Below are positions 16,582 to 26,997 of a DNA stretch of 64,000 nt, piece by piece. The position numbers and the translations under genes are program-made. Position 1 is the stretch's first letter, and every line of letters begins with the position of its first letter. The stretch spans positions 345,293 to 409,292 of the forward strand of contig CAMTUG010000001.1 of NCBI GenBank assembly GCA_947084965.1, given 5' to 3'. The DNA is from an uncultured Parcubacteria group bacterium (GTDB lineage: Bacteria > Patescibacteriota > Patescibacteriia > UBA9934 > CAMTUG01). The notes below the pieces were generated by a model that saw only the letters and a list, made by a program, of their open reading frames with translations, did no database searches and had not been told where the DNA came from.

Positions 16582-18312
16582 ATGTCCAACACCCCCAACT
16601 ACGACGCCAAGGTTCAAGCGATTCTCGACGCGACTCAGCCGGGGGAGAGGACGTGCGCGATTACGGGGGAGAAATGGGTTCAGGACGACGAAGAGCTTCG
16701 CTGGTACAAAGAGTTTAACGTCCCACCGTCGGCCCATGCGCCGTACACACGGATGCAGTGTTTTACATCGTTTTTTCGAAGCGGACAGTGGTGGTGGAAT
16801 AAACATCCGGTGACGGGAAAGCCCCTTATCTCGTCGGTGCACCCGGCGTGCGGTGTCCCTGTTCTACCGGACAAAGAATGGCATCAGAAAGATTTTCAGG
16901 AGGTGCAGTCTGAAGTCGATCTTTCGCGATCGTTCATTGATCAGATGTTTGAGCTGCGGAAACGCGTTCCGGCCGCAGCGCATGGAAATTATCAGGAGCC
17001 GGAGAATTCGATCGCCGTTGCTTCGTTTGGCGACGTCAATTCGTATTTTATGGTGGCGAGCAAAGGGAAGAATTGTTTCTTCAGCATCGTGGTGTTGAAC
17101 GGCGAGAATTCATCCGAGGTGTACAACAGCGAATCGATCACCGACAGCTATCACGTCATTCACTGCGAGCGGATGTTTAATTGTCAGTACGTGCGCGAGT
17201 CAAAGGATTGTCTCAACGCGCTTTTCTTGTTTGATTGTCGCAATTGCGAGTTTGTTTTCGGTGGATCGAATCTACGCAATAAAAAGTACGTGTGGTTCAA
17301 CGAACAATTAACGCAGGAAGAATGGGAACGTCGTCGAGCCGAAGTGAACACCGCTTCACGGTCGGCGATGCAACCACATCTCGAACGCTTCGAACAGATG
17401 ATTCAGGACGCGGTCTGGCCAGAAAATTTTAACATCAAATCAGAGAACTGCGTCGGTGAATATCTGACTAACTGTGAAGACAGTCGCTTTGTTTACTATG
17501 CCGACGGCGGCGCCCGTAATAACTACTGGATCGCTTGGTTAATTGGCAAGGCCGAACACAACGCCTTTGTCGCCGATCCGGCTAGTTCGCAAGATACGTA
17601 TTGCTCGACCGCGCTTTCGAGCTGTTTCAATACCAAGTTCTCTGTCTATTCCGTGCGCTGTAAAGATGTCGAATATTGTCTTGAGTGTTATGACTCGGAA
17701 TACTGCTTTGGATGCGTCGGCTTGCGTAAGAAGAGGTTCTGTATTTTGAACAAGCAGTACACCGAATCTGAGTATTGGCCAATGATCGACGCGATCAAGT
17801 GTGCGATGATCGATCGAGGGGAATATGCCGAAGGAGTTCCTCCGAAGTTTTCGCTCGGCTGGTTTCCAGAATCTGGCGCGGCCAAATATTATCAGTCGAC
17901 AGAAGAGTTTGGGCGCAGGATCGGTGCCAACGTATTTGATCCTGCATCTGAAGGAGCGTACGGCGACGAATTGATGACCGCCCGCGAGGTACGCGACGTT
18001 TCGCAAATCCCAGACGATGCCAAGGAATTGGATGGCTGGGCAGGTGTTGCTTTATTCGATCCGGAATTTAAGCGCCGGTATTCTTTGCTCGCGCCCGAAA
18101 TCGCTTTGTACCAAAAGCTGAAGATCGCTCCGCCGAACACACACTTCATTGATCGCGTTCATAAGTACATTCGCCTCGGCAACGCTCCAATCTTCCTCGA
18201 GGCCTCCTGTGCAAACTGCAGCAAGCAAGTGACGATCGCCAAAAATCCAACGTACACCAATCGCAAAATCTACTGCACCGAGTGCTACGTGAAGTACTTG
18301 GAAAGCAAATAA
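16582..18312 (+). CDS. Cys-rich paralog family protein, member 1 of 10 (uncharacterized family)
   Basis: MSNTPNYDAKVQAILDA…FDCRNCEFVFGGSNLRNKKYVWFNEQLTQEEWERRR…EYCLECYDSEYCFGCVGL…CANCSKQVTIAKNPTYTNRKIYCTECY. Start placed at the conserved MSNTP motif (tracked ORF begins upstream at 16462). Confidence 0.7.
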   Translation: MSNTPNYDAKVQAILDATQPGERTCAITGEKWVQDDEELRWYKEFNVPPSAHAPYTRMQCFTSFFRSGQWWWNKHPVTGKPLISSVHPACGVPVLPDKEWHQKDFQEVQSEVDLSRSFIDQMFELRKRVPAAAHGNYQEPENSIAVASFGDVNSYFMVASKGKNCFFSIVVLNGENSSEVYNSESITDSYHVIHCERMFNCQYVRESKDCLNALFLFDCRNCEFVFGGSNLRNKKYVWFNEQLTQEEWERRRAEVNTASRSAMQPHLERFEQMIQDAVWPENFNIKSENCVGEYLTNCEDSRFVYYADGGARNNYWIAWLIGKAEHNAFVADPASSQDTYCSTALSSCFNTKFSVYSVRCKDVEYCLECYDSEYCFGCVGLRKKRFCILNKQYTESEYWPMIDAIKCAMIDRGEYAEGVPPKFSLGWFPESGAAKYYQSTEEFGRRIGANVFDPASEGAYGDELMTAREVRDVSQIPDDAKELDGWAGVALFDPEFKRRYSLLAPEIALYQKLKIAPPNTHFIDRVHKYIRLGNAPIFLEASCANCSKQVTIAKNPTYTNRKIYCTECYVKYLESK

Positions 18313-18313
18313 T

Positions 18314-20044
18314 ATGTCCAACACCCCCAACTACGACGCCAAAGTCAGAGCGATTCTCGACGGGCTTACACCCGGCGAGCGTGTTTGTTCGCTCACAGGC
18401 GAGAAGTGGATGATGACCGAGGAAGAGATCGGTTGGTATAAAAAGTTTAATGTGCCACCGAGCACAGTTGCGCCGATGAATCGGGTTAAGCTGACCACTC
18501 TTTTTGGTACGGGATTTGGCTGGTGGTGGAATAAGCACGCCAAAACAGGGAAGCCGTTGTTGTCGTATGTGCATCCGGCCAACGGAATCAAAGTTCTGCC
18601 TGATCCAGAGTTTTTTGAACAGGACAATACGGACAAAGCGCGTGAGTACGACACAGAACAGAGTTTTTTTGATCAGATTCGTGCCCTTCAGCTTGAAGTT
18701 CCCTTTACGGCTTGGCGTTCGTTGACTGTGCCGGTCAATTCGATCGCTCTTTTGTCGCAAGGGGACGAGAACAGCTATTTCGTCACCGCCTGTAAATCCA
18801 AAAATTCATTCTACGCCTATTCGGTTGATGACATGGAAAACTCGGCCGAAGCGTTCGAATCCAAGTTTGTTGTTAATTCCTACAACGTTCTTAACTCGCA
18901 GCGCATTCATAACTGTAAGTTTGTGCGTCAGTCGTATGACTGCATGAACTGTAGTTTTGTTTTTGACTGTCGTAACTGCGAGTTTGTCTTTGGTGGCTCA
19001 AACCTGCGCAACAGAAAGTACGTATTTTTCAACGAGCAGTTGAGCAAAGAGGGCTGGGAAGCGCGCGTTGCCGCAATCGACCTCGGCAGCCGTCAGGTTC
19101 TCGAGGAATATATCGCCAAGTTCCAAGATCTGGTGGGACATAAAGCGGTCTGGCCAGAGAACTTCAATGAACAAGTCGAGGATTGCATCGGTGAATACTT
19201 GAATAAGTGCCGACAGTGTAAGTATCTGCTGGCAGGACATGGATCAGCCAATAACTACTACGGCGCGGTCTTTATCGACAACAGCGAAAATAATGCCTTC
19301 GTCGGCGGGGCGATTGGAAGCTTCGACAACATCTATTGTCATGCTCCGCTCAAGTCACGTGGTTGTAAGTACGTGCATTCAACGTACGAATCACAGAACA
19401 TGGAATACTGTATGCAGTGCTACAACTGTGAAAATTGTTTTGGGTGTGTTGGTCTGATCCGCAAGTCGTTCTGCATCTTCAATAAACAGTACACGCCAGA
19501 AGAGTATTGGAAGCGCGTCGATGAGTTAAAATGTGCCATGCTTGATCGCGGAGAGTACGGAGAATTCTTCCCAGCGAAGTTCTCCCCGAGCTACTGGGCC
19601 GTTTCTGTCGGGTTGCTCTATCAGATCGAAGATCCTGAAGCGATTAAGCTCGGAGCGCTCATGCTTGATCCGGAATCGGCCGGCGCGCTTGGGGAATTGC
19701 CGGTCGGGGCGGTGATGCGTTCATCTGATGATCTGCCAGATAACATCAAAGAGGTTGGTGAGGACTGGGGTGGTCAACCGATGATGGATCCGGTTGAAAA
19801 GCGTCGTTACGCCCTGTTAAAGCCCGAGATCGCCCTCTACAAGCAGTTAGGGGTCGCTGTGCGCGCTATGCACCCAATGAAGCGTCTTCGATCGATGGTT
19901 TTTGAAGCCAACTCGGGGAACTTCATCGACTCAACCTGCGCCAAGTGTGGCAAAGCAGTGACGGTAGCAACCAATAAAACATATCCCGACCGCGTCATCT
20001 ACTGCCGCGAGGATTACCTCAAATTCATCGAACAAAACGGCTAG
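18314..20044 (+). CDS. Cys-rich paralog family protein, member 2 of 10
   Basis: MSNTPNYDAKVRAILDG…. The terminal motif is CAKCGK…IYCREDY, with the fourth Cys replaced by Asp. Confidence 0.7.
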   Translation: MSNTPNYDAKVRAILDGLTPGERVCSLTGEKWMMTEEEIGWYKKFNVPPSTVAPMNRVKLTTLFGTGFGWWWNKHAKTGKPLLSYVHPANGIKVLPDPEFFEQDNTDKAREYDTEQSFFDQIRALQLEVPFTAWRSLTVPVNSIALLSQGDENSYFVTACKSKNSFYAYSVDDMENSAEAFESKFVVNSYNVLNSQRIHNCKFVRQSYDCMNCSFVFDCRNCEFVFGGSNLRNRKYVFFNEQLSKEGWEARVAAIDLGSRQVLEEYIAKFQDLVGHKAVWPENFNEQVEDCIGEYLNKCRQCKYLLAGHGSANNYYGAVFIDNSENNAFVGGAIGSFDNIYCHAPLKSRGCKYVHSTYESQNMEYCMQCYNCENCFGCVGLIRKSFCIFNKQYTPEEYWKRVDELKCAMLDRGEYGEFFPAKFSPSYWAVSVGLLYQIEDPEAIKLGALMLDPESAGALGELPVGAVMRSSDDLPDNIKEVGEDWGGQPMMDPVEKRRYALLKPEIALYKQLGVAVRAMHPMKRLRSMVFEANSGNFIDSTCAKCGKAVTVATNKTYPDRVIYCREDYLKFIEQNG

Positions 20045-20045
20045 T

Positions 20046-21785
20046 ATGAGTAACACCCCCAACTACGACGCCAAAGTCAAAGCGATTATCGACGGCATTC
20101 AGCCGGGCGCACGGGTGTGTTCGGTGCTCGGAGAGAAGTGGGAGATGACGGAGAAGGAGATCGATCTCTACCGTCGATTCAATATGCCGCCGCGGACGGT
20201 CGCAACGAACACACTGTGGAAACAGATGGCGTATTACGATGCCGGCTATCAGTTTTGGTGGAACAAGCATCCGGACACAGGAAAGCCTGTGCTTTCGTTT
20301 CATCATCCCGCTTCAGGTGTAAAAGTGCTTCCAGATGCAGAGTGGCACGCGCGAGACTTTAGCACGATCAACATCGATATCGATCCTTCGAAGCCATTCT
20401 TCGAGCAACTGCGTTCGTTGCAAGTTCAGGTTCCACTGCTTGCTACATTTAGCCGCGTCGAACCAGAAAACTCCATCACCTTGTTTTCGTTTGGTGATCG
20501 TAACAGTTACTTCACCTTTGCCTGTACGTCGGAGCGTACCTTTTTTGCTACCGGCGGATTTGAAGCGCAAGGGTCATCGCTGCTGTTCACCACGAATCAA
20601 ACGACGGACTGTCACCATGTTTTTAAATCTCAACGCATCTTCAAATGTCGTTATGTGCGTGAATCGCTTGACTGCATCGACAGCGCGTTCCTGTTCGATT
20701 GTCGTAACTGTCAGAACTGCTTCGGGGCGAGCAACAAGCGCAATCGGCAGTATGTCTTCATGAATGAGCAGTTGACGAAGGAAGAATACGAACAGCGCAT
20801 GAGTCAGATTGATTTAAGCAAGCGCAGTGAAGTGGAAACGTGGTCAAAGGCGTTTGATGAACTCTTAGCACGTGATGGTGTCTGGCCGGAAAACTTTAAT
20901 GTCAATTGTCAGGATTCGACCGGTGAATATCTCACGGGCGCGGTACGCTGTGATACTTGCTATGACTCGGCGGATGCGCCGAGCGATCAGTATCACACCT
21001 GTTGGAGTTATGGGGTCAATAACAATAATGCCTTCATGTGGGGCTCGGTCGATAGCACGGACGGGTACATGGTTTGTTCCTGTCCAAACTCAAACCAGAC
21101 GAAGTTTTCGTATCGCTCGTTCCGGTTAGATAACTGCGAGTACTGTTTCATGTGTGCGGACTTGCGCGATTGTTTCGGTTGCATCGGCTTAAAGAAAAAA
21201 CGGTTTTGTATTTTTAACAAGCAATACGAAGAGGAGGAGTATTGGCGTCTGGTCGACGAAATAAAATGTGCCATGCTCGAACGCGGGGAATATGGTCAGT
21301 ATTTTCCAACTTCGATGGCGACGACGTTCGTGCCGGAAGGCGGAGCAGTTGTGTACTGCGGGGCGACGCCAGAAGAGTTGCAAAAGCTCGGCGGGCAAAC
21401 GTTCGGGGCGGAAGACATGGATGCTACGGGTACGGGCCGGATCGACCCATCAAAAGCGCGTCGCCGTGAGGACATTCCAGATGCGATCGATGACCTTGGC
21501 GACGAATGGATCGGTGTACCGATCTACGATGAGGTGTCTGGACGGACGTTCGCCTTTTTAAAGCCAGAGGTCGAACATTATCGCCGCTTACGCATCGCTC
21601 CTCCGAATACGCACTTCATTCGTCGTATGCATGAGGTATCAAGTGCGGGACAGCGTGCCTGTTTGCAAAACGCTTCCTGTGCGCAGTGCAGCGCTACATT
21701 TATCGTAGCCAAGAATTTCCGCTATCCGGACCGCCGCATCTACTGCAAGGCGTGCTACACTGCCTTCATTGAAAAGAACGGCTAG
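20046..21785 (+). CDS. Cys-rich paralog family protein, member 3 of 10
   Basis: MSNTPNYDAKVKAIIDG…FDCRNCQNCFGASNKRN…CAQCSATFIVAKNFRYPDRRIYCKACY. Confidence 0.7.
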   Translation: MSNTPNYDAKVKAIIDGIQPGARVCSVLGEKWEMTEKEIDLYRRFNMPPRTVATNTLWKQMAYYDAGYQFWWNKHPDTGKPVLSFHHPASGVKVLPDAEWHARDFSTINIDIDPSKPFFEQLRSLQVQVPLLATFSRVEPENSITLFSFGDRNSYFTFACTSERTFFATGGFEAQGSSLLFTTNQTTDCHHVFKSQRIFKCRYVRESLDCIDSAFLFDCRNCQNCFGASNKRNRQYVFMNEQLTKEEYEQRMSQIDLSKRSEVETWSKAFDELLARDGVWPENFNVNCQDSTGEYLTGAVRCDTCYDSADAPSDQYHTCWSYGVNNNNAFMWGSVDSTDGYMVCSCPNSNQTKFSYRSFRLDNCEYCFMCADLRDCFGCIGLKKKRFCIFNKQYEEEEYWRLVDEIKCAMLERGEYGQYFPTSMATTFVPEGGAVVYCGATPEELQKLGGQTFGAEDMDATGTGRIDPSKARRREDIPDAIDDLGDEWIGVPIYDEVSGRTFAFLKPEVEHYRRLRIAPPNTHFIRRMHEVSSAGQRACLQNASCAQCSATFIVAKNFRYPDRRIYCKACYTAFIEKNG

Positions 21786-21786
21786 T

Positions 21787-23514
21787 ATGTCCAAAACTCC
21801 TCAGTACGAAGCAAGAGTAAAGGCAATTCTCGGCGGGCTCACGCCTGGCGAGCGGGTCTGTGCGATGACAGGGGAGAAGTGGATGATGGATGATGAGGAG
21901 ATCAGCTGGTATCGCAAATTTAACGTCCCACCGTCGCCGTTTTCGCCAAAGGCGCGTTTGTGGCACTTGGCTGCGAACGGCTGGAGCGCCTACCAGTGGT
22001 GGTGGAATAAGCATCCAGAAACTGGAGCGCCGGTGTTGTCCTATGTGCATCCAGCAAGTGGAATTAAGGTTTTGCCAGACAAGGAATGGTTTGCCAAAGA
22101 TTTCTCGAACGTGTTTTTAGAGCCAGCCGTGGAGCAGCCGTTTTTCGAACAATTCCGCACGCTTCAGGTACAGATTCCGGTCAACGCCACGCGCAATGTA
22201 AAGGAGCCTGAAAATTCAATCGCTACGGTCTCCGCGGGGGATGTAAATAGTTTTTTCGTCCAGGCTTCGCGCACCCGCGACTGCGTGTATACGATCGATT
22301 GCATGGATGCAGAAAATTGTGTGGAATGCAGTGGTTGTGAATCCATTCAGGAGTGTTATCGCGTCGGTCACTCTCAGCGGATGTTTCGTTGTGGATTTGC
22401 GAATGAGTGCATCGACTGTCAATCTTCGTCATTCATTTTTGATTGTCGCAATTGTGAGTTCTGCTTCGGCGCTTGCAATCAACGCAACAAAAAGTACTTG
22501 TGGTGGAATGAACAGTTGACCAAGGAAGAATGGGAAAAGCGCATCGCTGAGATTACACCGGGGAATCGTGGTTGGCTCGAGGCGCAGAAGGAACGCTATC
22601 TCAAGATGGTCGGATCAGAGGCGGTTTGGCCAGAGCATTTCAATTCGCAGAGCGAAGGTTCAATTGGCGAGTATTTGTTGCGTTGTGCTAATTGTCGTTA
22701 TAGCTTCTTTGGTCTTGATTCGCAGGATAATTACTACGCCTTCGGATTTTATAATGCGCGGAACAGCACGTTCTGTACTTCGATCGTCGGTGACAATAAT
22801 TATCAGTCGGGTACAAACGGCGAGTCTTCAAATACCAAGTTCTCGAATTCGCTCGTACGCTGTGATGACCTCGAGTACTCGTTCAATTGCTATGACTGCA
22901 CGCACTGTTTCGGCTGTGTCGGTTTGCGCCACAAAAAGTTTTGTATTTTGAACAAGCAATATACTGAAGCGGAGTACTGGAAAAAGGTGGATGAAATGAA
23001 GTGCGCCATGCTCGAACGAGGGGAGTATGGAAAACCAGTTCCTACAAAATATTCATTCTCTTACTTCCCGGAATCGGGCCCAGCGATGTATTTAGCGGCA
23101 AAACAGGAGGACTGGGATGCGGTCGGTATGCAGAAATTTGATGCCTCGGCTGAGGGGGCATTCGGTGCAGTGCGTGAAGGGGCACGTCCCGCCGCAGATG
23201 TGCCGGAGAATATTGATGATCTGGATCCTGCTGTTTGGTCAGGTGTGCCGATCGAGGACGCCGAAGAACATCGCCCGTTTACGCTTCTCGCCCCGGAAAT
23301 CGCTTTTTACAAAGAAAAGCGGATCGCCCCGCCCCGCACCCATTTTATCTCGCGAATGCGTGAGTTGATCTGGATGCAGAATACCGGCTTGTTTGAAAAG
23401 GCTACCTGTTCGGCCTGTAAGAAAGAGTTAACCGTCGCAGTGAATCGTACTTTCACAAAACGGAATCTTCACTGCTACGAATGCTACCTGAAGTATCTTT
23501 CACAAAGGGGATAG
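21787..23514 (+). CDS. Cys-rich paralog family protein, member 4 of 10
   Basis: MSKTPQYEARVKAILGG…FDCRNCEFCFGACNQRNKKYLWWNEQLTKEEWEKR…CSACKKELTVAVNRTFTKRNLHCYECY. Start at the conserved motif (tracked ORF begins at 21769). Confidence 0.7.
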   Translation: MSKTPQYEARVKAILGGLTPGERVCAMTGEKWMMDDEEISWYRKFNVPPSPFSPKARLWHLAANGWSAYQWWWNKHPETGAPVLSYVHPASGIKVLPDKEWFAKDFSNVFLEPAVEQPFFEQFRTLQVQIPVNATRNVKEPENSIATVSAGDVNSFFVQASRTRDCVYTIDCMDAENCVECSGCESIQECYRVGHSQRMFRCGFANECIDCQSSSFIFDCRNCEFCFGACNQRNKKYLWWNEQLTKEEWEKRIAEITPGNRGWLEAQKERYLKMVGSEAVWPEHFNSQSEGSIGEYLLRCANCRYSFFGLDSQDNYYAFGFYNARNSTFCTSIVGDNNYQSGTNGESSNTKFSNSLVRCDDLEYSFNCYDCTHCFGCVGLRHKKFCILNKQYTEAEYWKKVDEMKCAMLERGEYGKPVPTKYSFSYFPESGPAMYLAAKQEDWDAVGMQKFDASAEGAFGAVREGARPAADVPENIDDLDPAVWSGVPIEDAEEHRPFTLLAPEIAFYKEKRIAPPRTHFISRMRELIWMQNTGLFEKATCSACKKELTVAVNRTFTKRNLHCYECYLKYLSQRG

Positions 23515-23515
23515 T

Positions 23516-25249
23516 ATGTCACAGACACCAAACTTTGACGCGAAGATGAAGCAGATTCTCGAGGCCACACAACCGGGTGAGCGAGTTTGTGCACTGACAG
23601 GTCGTGCATGGAAAATGGATGAGGAAGAACTTGCTTGGTATCGGAGATTTAATGTGCCACCATCCAATCGGGAACCATTGGCCCGTACACAGCTGCGAGC
23701 AAGTTTTTGGACAGGGTATCAGTGGTGGAATCATAAGCATCCGATAACTGGCAAGACCCTTATTAGCAATATTCATCCGGCGACAGGAATTAAAGTTATT
23801 CCAGACAAGGAATGGCACGCGCAAGACTTTTCTGAAATCAACAGTGATTACAGCGTAGACCAGCCATTTTTCGATCAGCTTCGAGCGTTACAACTTCGAG
23901 TTCCGCATCCGGCCAGCAGAAATGTCGTTGAGCCAGAAAACTCTATCGCCACAATTTCAATGGGGGATCGTAACAGTTACTTCACCCTCGGTTGCACCTC
24001 CGAAAACTCTCTCTACAGTATTTGGGCAGCAAACTTGAGTAATTCTTCCGAGGTGAATTTTGCCGGGGTCATTAGTGATAGTTACAGCGTTAACAATGCC
24101 AAGAACGTCCATGGCTCACTTTTTGTACGTGAGAGTAAAGACGTTATCAAGTCCGCGTTTGTTTTTCTTTGTGATGACGTTGAATATTGTTTTGGTGCCA
24201 CGAATCAATCACACAAAAAGTTTATCTTCTTTAATAAGCAACTGACAGAAGATGAGTTTAAGGCAGAGATCACCAAGATTGATCTCTCCCGACGCGATCA
24301 ACTTCAAATGTACATAGGTCGTTTTCGCGATCTCGTGGGTAACCAAACGATCTGGCCAGAAACCTTGAGTAACCGTAACGTAAACGTGACAGGTGAGTAC
24401 AACTACGACTGCCGAGATCTGCAGAATTGTTACGGGTGTGTTGATAACTGTGCAAATTTGTTTTGGTGTAATTACGGAGTCGACGGTACGGACAGTGCTT
24501 TTTCTACACCTGTTCGCTCAACGGCGTGTTACGAAGGAGATAATACGTATAATTCGCACGACGTAAAGTTTTCGTATGCGACGTACCGTTGTCGGTCGAT
24601 GGAGTATTGCTTGATGAACTACGACTGCGAAGATTGTTTCGGGTGCGTCGGATTGCGCCACAAAAAGTTTCACATCTTTAACAAGCCTTATGAGGAAGCA
24701 GAGTATTGGAGGCGTGTCGACGAACTAAAGTGTGCGATGCTTGATCGTGGGGAGTATGGAAACTTCTTTCCGCTTTCTATGTCGACGGCCTACTTCGGGG
24801 AATCAGGTGGAGTGATGTATTACGACGCGGACCCTTCGTTAAACAAAACCTTTGGTGGATTGGAGTACGATCCAGAGTCTGCCGGGGCCATTGGGGACTT
24901 GGCCATGGCATCAGTCGTCAAAAAAACAACGGATATCCCAAACAGTATCGCTGATGTACAGGACGCGGATTGGGTTGGTGTACCTGTGATGGACGTTGTT
25001 CATAATCGACGTTTTGCTTTTTTGAAGCCGGAAATGGATTTTTATCGTCGAAAAAAGTTGGCACCACCTGCAGAACATTTCGTGTATCGCATCAAAAAGT
25101 TATCGTGGGAAGGCAACTTGGGTATTTTGGAAGAGCGGTCCTGTGCGAAGTGCGGAAAGAAGATACAGGTTGCTAAAAACCTCACATATCCAAATCGTCA
25201 GGTGTATTGCATGGACGATTACCTTCAATATCTTGAAGAAGCAACTTAG
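23516..25249 (+). CDS. Cys-rich paralog family protein, member 5 of 10
   Basis: MSQTPNFDAKMKQILEA…. The most diverged central region. Terminal CAKCGKKIQVAKNLTYPNRQVYCMDDY, with Cys replaced by Asp. Confidence 0.7.
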   Translation: MSQTPNFDAKMKQILEATQPGERVCALTGRAWKMDEEELAWYRRFNVPPSNREPLARTQLRASFWTGYQWWNHKHPITGKTLISNIHPATGIKVIPDKEWHAQDFSEINSDYSVDQPFFDQLRALQLRVPHPASRNVVEPENSIATISMGDRNSYFTLGCTSENSLYSIWAANLSNSSEVNFAGVISDSYSVNNAKNVHGSLFVRESKDVIKSAFVFLCDDVEYCFGATNQSHKKFIFFNKQLTEDEFKAEITKIDLSRRDQLQMYIGRFRDLVGNQTIWPETLSNRNVNVTGEYNYDCRDLQNCYGCVDNCANLFWCNYGVDGTDSAFSTPVRSTACYEGDNTYNSHDVKFSYATYRCRSMEYCLMNYDCEDCFGCVGLRHKKFHIFNKPYEEAEYWRRVDELKCAMLDRGEYGNFFPLSMSTAYFGESGGVMYYDADPSLNKTFGGLEYDPESAGAIGDLAMASVVKKTTDIPNSIADVQDADWVGVPVMDVVHNRRFAFLKPEMDFYRRKKLAPPAEHFVYRIKKLSWEGNLGILEERSCAKCGKKIQVAKNLTYPNRQVYCMDDYLQYLEEAT

Positions 25250-25250
25250 T

Positions 25251-26996
25251 ATGTCGCATACACCAAATTTTGACGCCAAGATCAACGCCATTCTCGATGC
25301 AATCCAAGCAGGCGAGCAAACCTGTGCATTGACTGGAGAGAAATGGATGCTGGATGAACTTGAATTAAACTTTTATCGCAAGTTTAGTTCTCCTCTATCT
25401 GTGTATTCTCCGCAAACGCGCATGAAGCTTCTCGGTGGGTTTCGGACGGGTTTTGAAATTTTTTGGAATAAGCATGCGAAGTCCGGGGAGCCGATCCTTA
25501 GTTATATTCACCCGGATAATCCAATTCCTGTTGTCACCGATGCGGATTGGCACGCCATGGATATCGGCGGCTTGCAGGAGTACCAACGCGAGATCGACCC
25601 TGCCCAACCATTTTTCGAGCAGTTTCGCAGCTTGGCACATGTGGTACCAATGGGCGCGCGCCGCGAATGGAAGAACGTCGTCAATACGGTCGGGGTTGGT
25701 ATGTGGGATATTGAAGATAGTTATCTTGTTTTTTCGACCGTTGGCGTGAAGCGCTGCATGTACACCTTTTACTGTCTTGAAGGATCAGAGGACATCACTC
25801 AGTCCGTGCATATCAATCACTCACAAAACTGCTTTGGATCAACGCAGATTACTCGTTGTCATTCATGTACTGTAGCGGTCATTAGCTTCGATTGCTTGAA
25901 GTGTGATTTCGTTTATGACTGTCGTAACTGTGAGTTTGTCTTTGGGGGAGCGAATTTGCGTAACAAAAAGTACGTCTGGTTCAACGAGCAATTGAGTAAG
26001 GACGAGTGGGAACGTCGTCGCGCGGCGGTCGATCTCTCCTGTCGTTCTGTGTTCAAGGAGTACCAACAGAAGTTCCTTCAACTTGTCGAACAGTCGGCCA
26101 CACCGGAACATTTTAATGTGAACGCGCCGGACTGTACGGGGGATTATCTTACGGACTGTGTGCGCTGCAAGGATTGCTATAGCTCGCAGCGGCTGACGGA
26201 TTGCGCCTATATGCATGGATCGACCGGGGCTGAAGGCAGTGCATTCTGTGTCGGGGCGTACCCAGCGACGCAGTCCTGGATGTGCAGCATGATCTCGAAT
26301 TCCAGCAATCTTAAATACTCCATGACCTGCGGGCGGAGCCAGAATCTCGAGTACTGCTTCAATTGTCATGATTGTGAAAACTGTTTCGGGTGTGACGGTC
26401 TGCGCAATCGTAAGTTTTGCATTGGGAACGTGCAGTACAGCGAGGACGAGTACTGGCGCCGTGTCGATGCGTTGAAGTGCGCCATGCTGGAACGGGGAGA
26501 ATACGGCCAGTTCTTTCCTCAGGATCTTTCGCCGACCGGCATGCAGTTTAGCCATTCGGCTATGTATTATCGGCTTTCAACCGCCGATGTGCAGGCTCTT
26601 GGGGCGCCGCTGTATGATCCGGATCAAGGCGTGGTGCTGGCTCCAAAGAAAACGGTTGAAGAACCTCCAAAAGATGCATCTGCGGCTCCAGACTGTTTGC
26701 GGGACGTTGATCCGGCCGTGTGGGTTAGTAAACCGTTCATGGACGAGCGGGTGCGTCGTCGCTGGAGTGTTGTGCCAAAAGAGTTCGCTTATTACACGGA
26801 TCGTCAGTTGCCATTTCCGGAAGAGCACTATTCTTCTCGGTTGCAAAAACAGATTCAGATGATGAACCAGCCGGCCTTTGAACAACTGCCGTGCGTGGTC
26901 TGTCAAAAGCCAGTGCAGGTCGGGCGCAACCCAGCATTTACAAAGCGTCGCGTGCATTGCATGAGTTGCTACCTGAAGTATTTGGAAGCACACTAG
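25251..26996 (+). CDS. Cys-rich paralog family protein, member 6 of 10
   Basis: MSHTPNFDAKINAILDA…YDCRNCEFVFGGANLRNKKYVWFNEQLSKDEWERRR…CVVCQKPVQVGRNPAFTKRRVHCMSCY. Start at the conserved motif (tracked ORF begins at 25143). Confidence 0.7.
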   Translation: MSHTPNFDAKINAILDAIQAGEQTCALTGEKWMLDELELNFYRKFSSPLSVYSPQTRMKLLGGFRTGFEIFWNKHAKSGEPILSYIHPDNPIPVVTDADWHAMDIGGLQEYQREIDPAQPFFEQFRSLAHVVPMGARREWKNVVNTVGVGMWDIEDSYLVFSTVGVKRCMYTFYCLEGSEDITQSVHINHSQNCFGSTQITRCHSCTVAVISFDCLKCDFVYDCRNCEFVFGGANLRNKKYVWFNEQLSKDEWERRRAAVDLSCRSVFKEYQQKFLQLVEQSATPEHFNVNAPDCTGDYLTDCVRCKDCYSSQRLTDCAYMHGSTGAEGSAFCVGAYPATQSWMCSMISNSSNLKYSMTCGRSQNLEYCFNCHDCENCFGCDGLRNRKFCIGNVQYSEDEYWRRVDALKCAMLERGEYGQFFPQDLSPTGMQFSHSAMYYRLSTADVQALGAPLYDPDQGVVLAPKKTVEEPPKDASAAPDCLRDVDPAVWVSKPFMDERVRRRWSVVPKEFAYYTDRQLPFPEEHYSSRLQKQIQMMNQPAFEQLPCVVCQKPVQVGRNPAFTKRRVHCMSCYLKYLEAH

Positions 26997-26997
26997 T

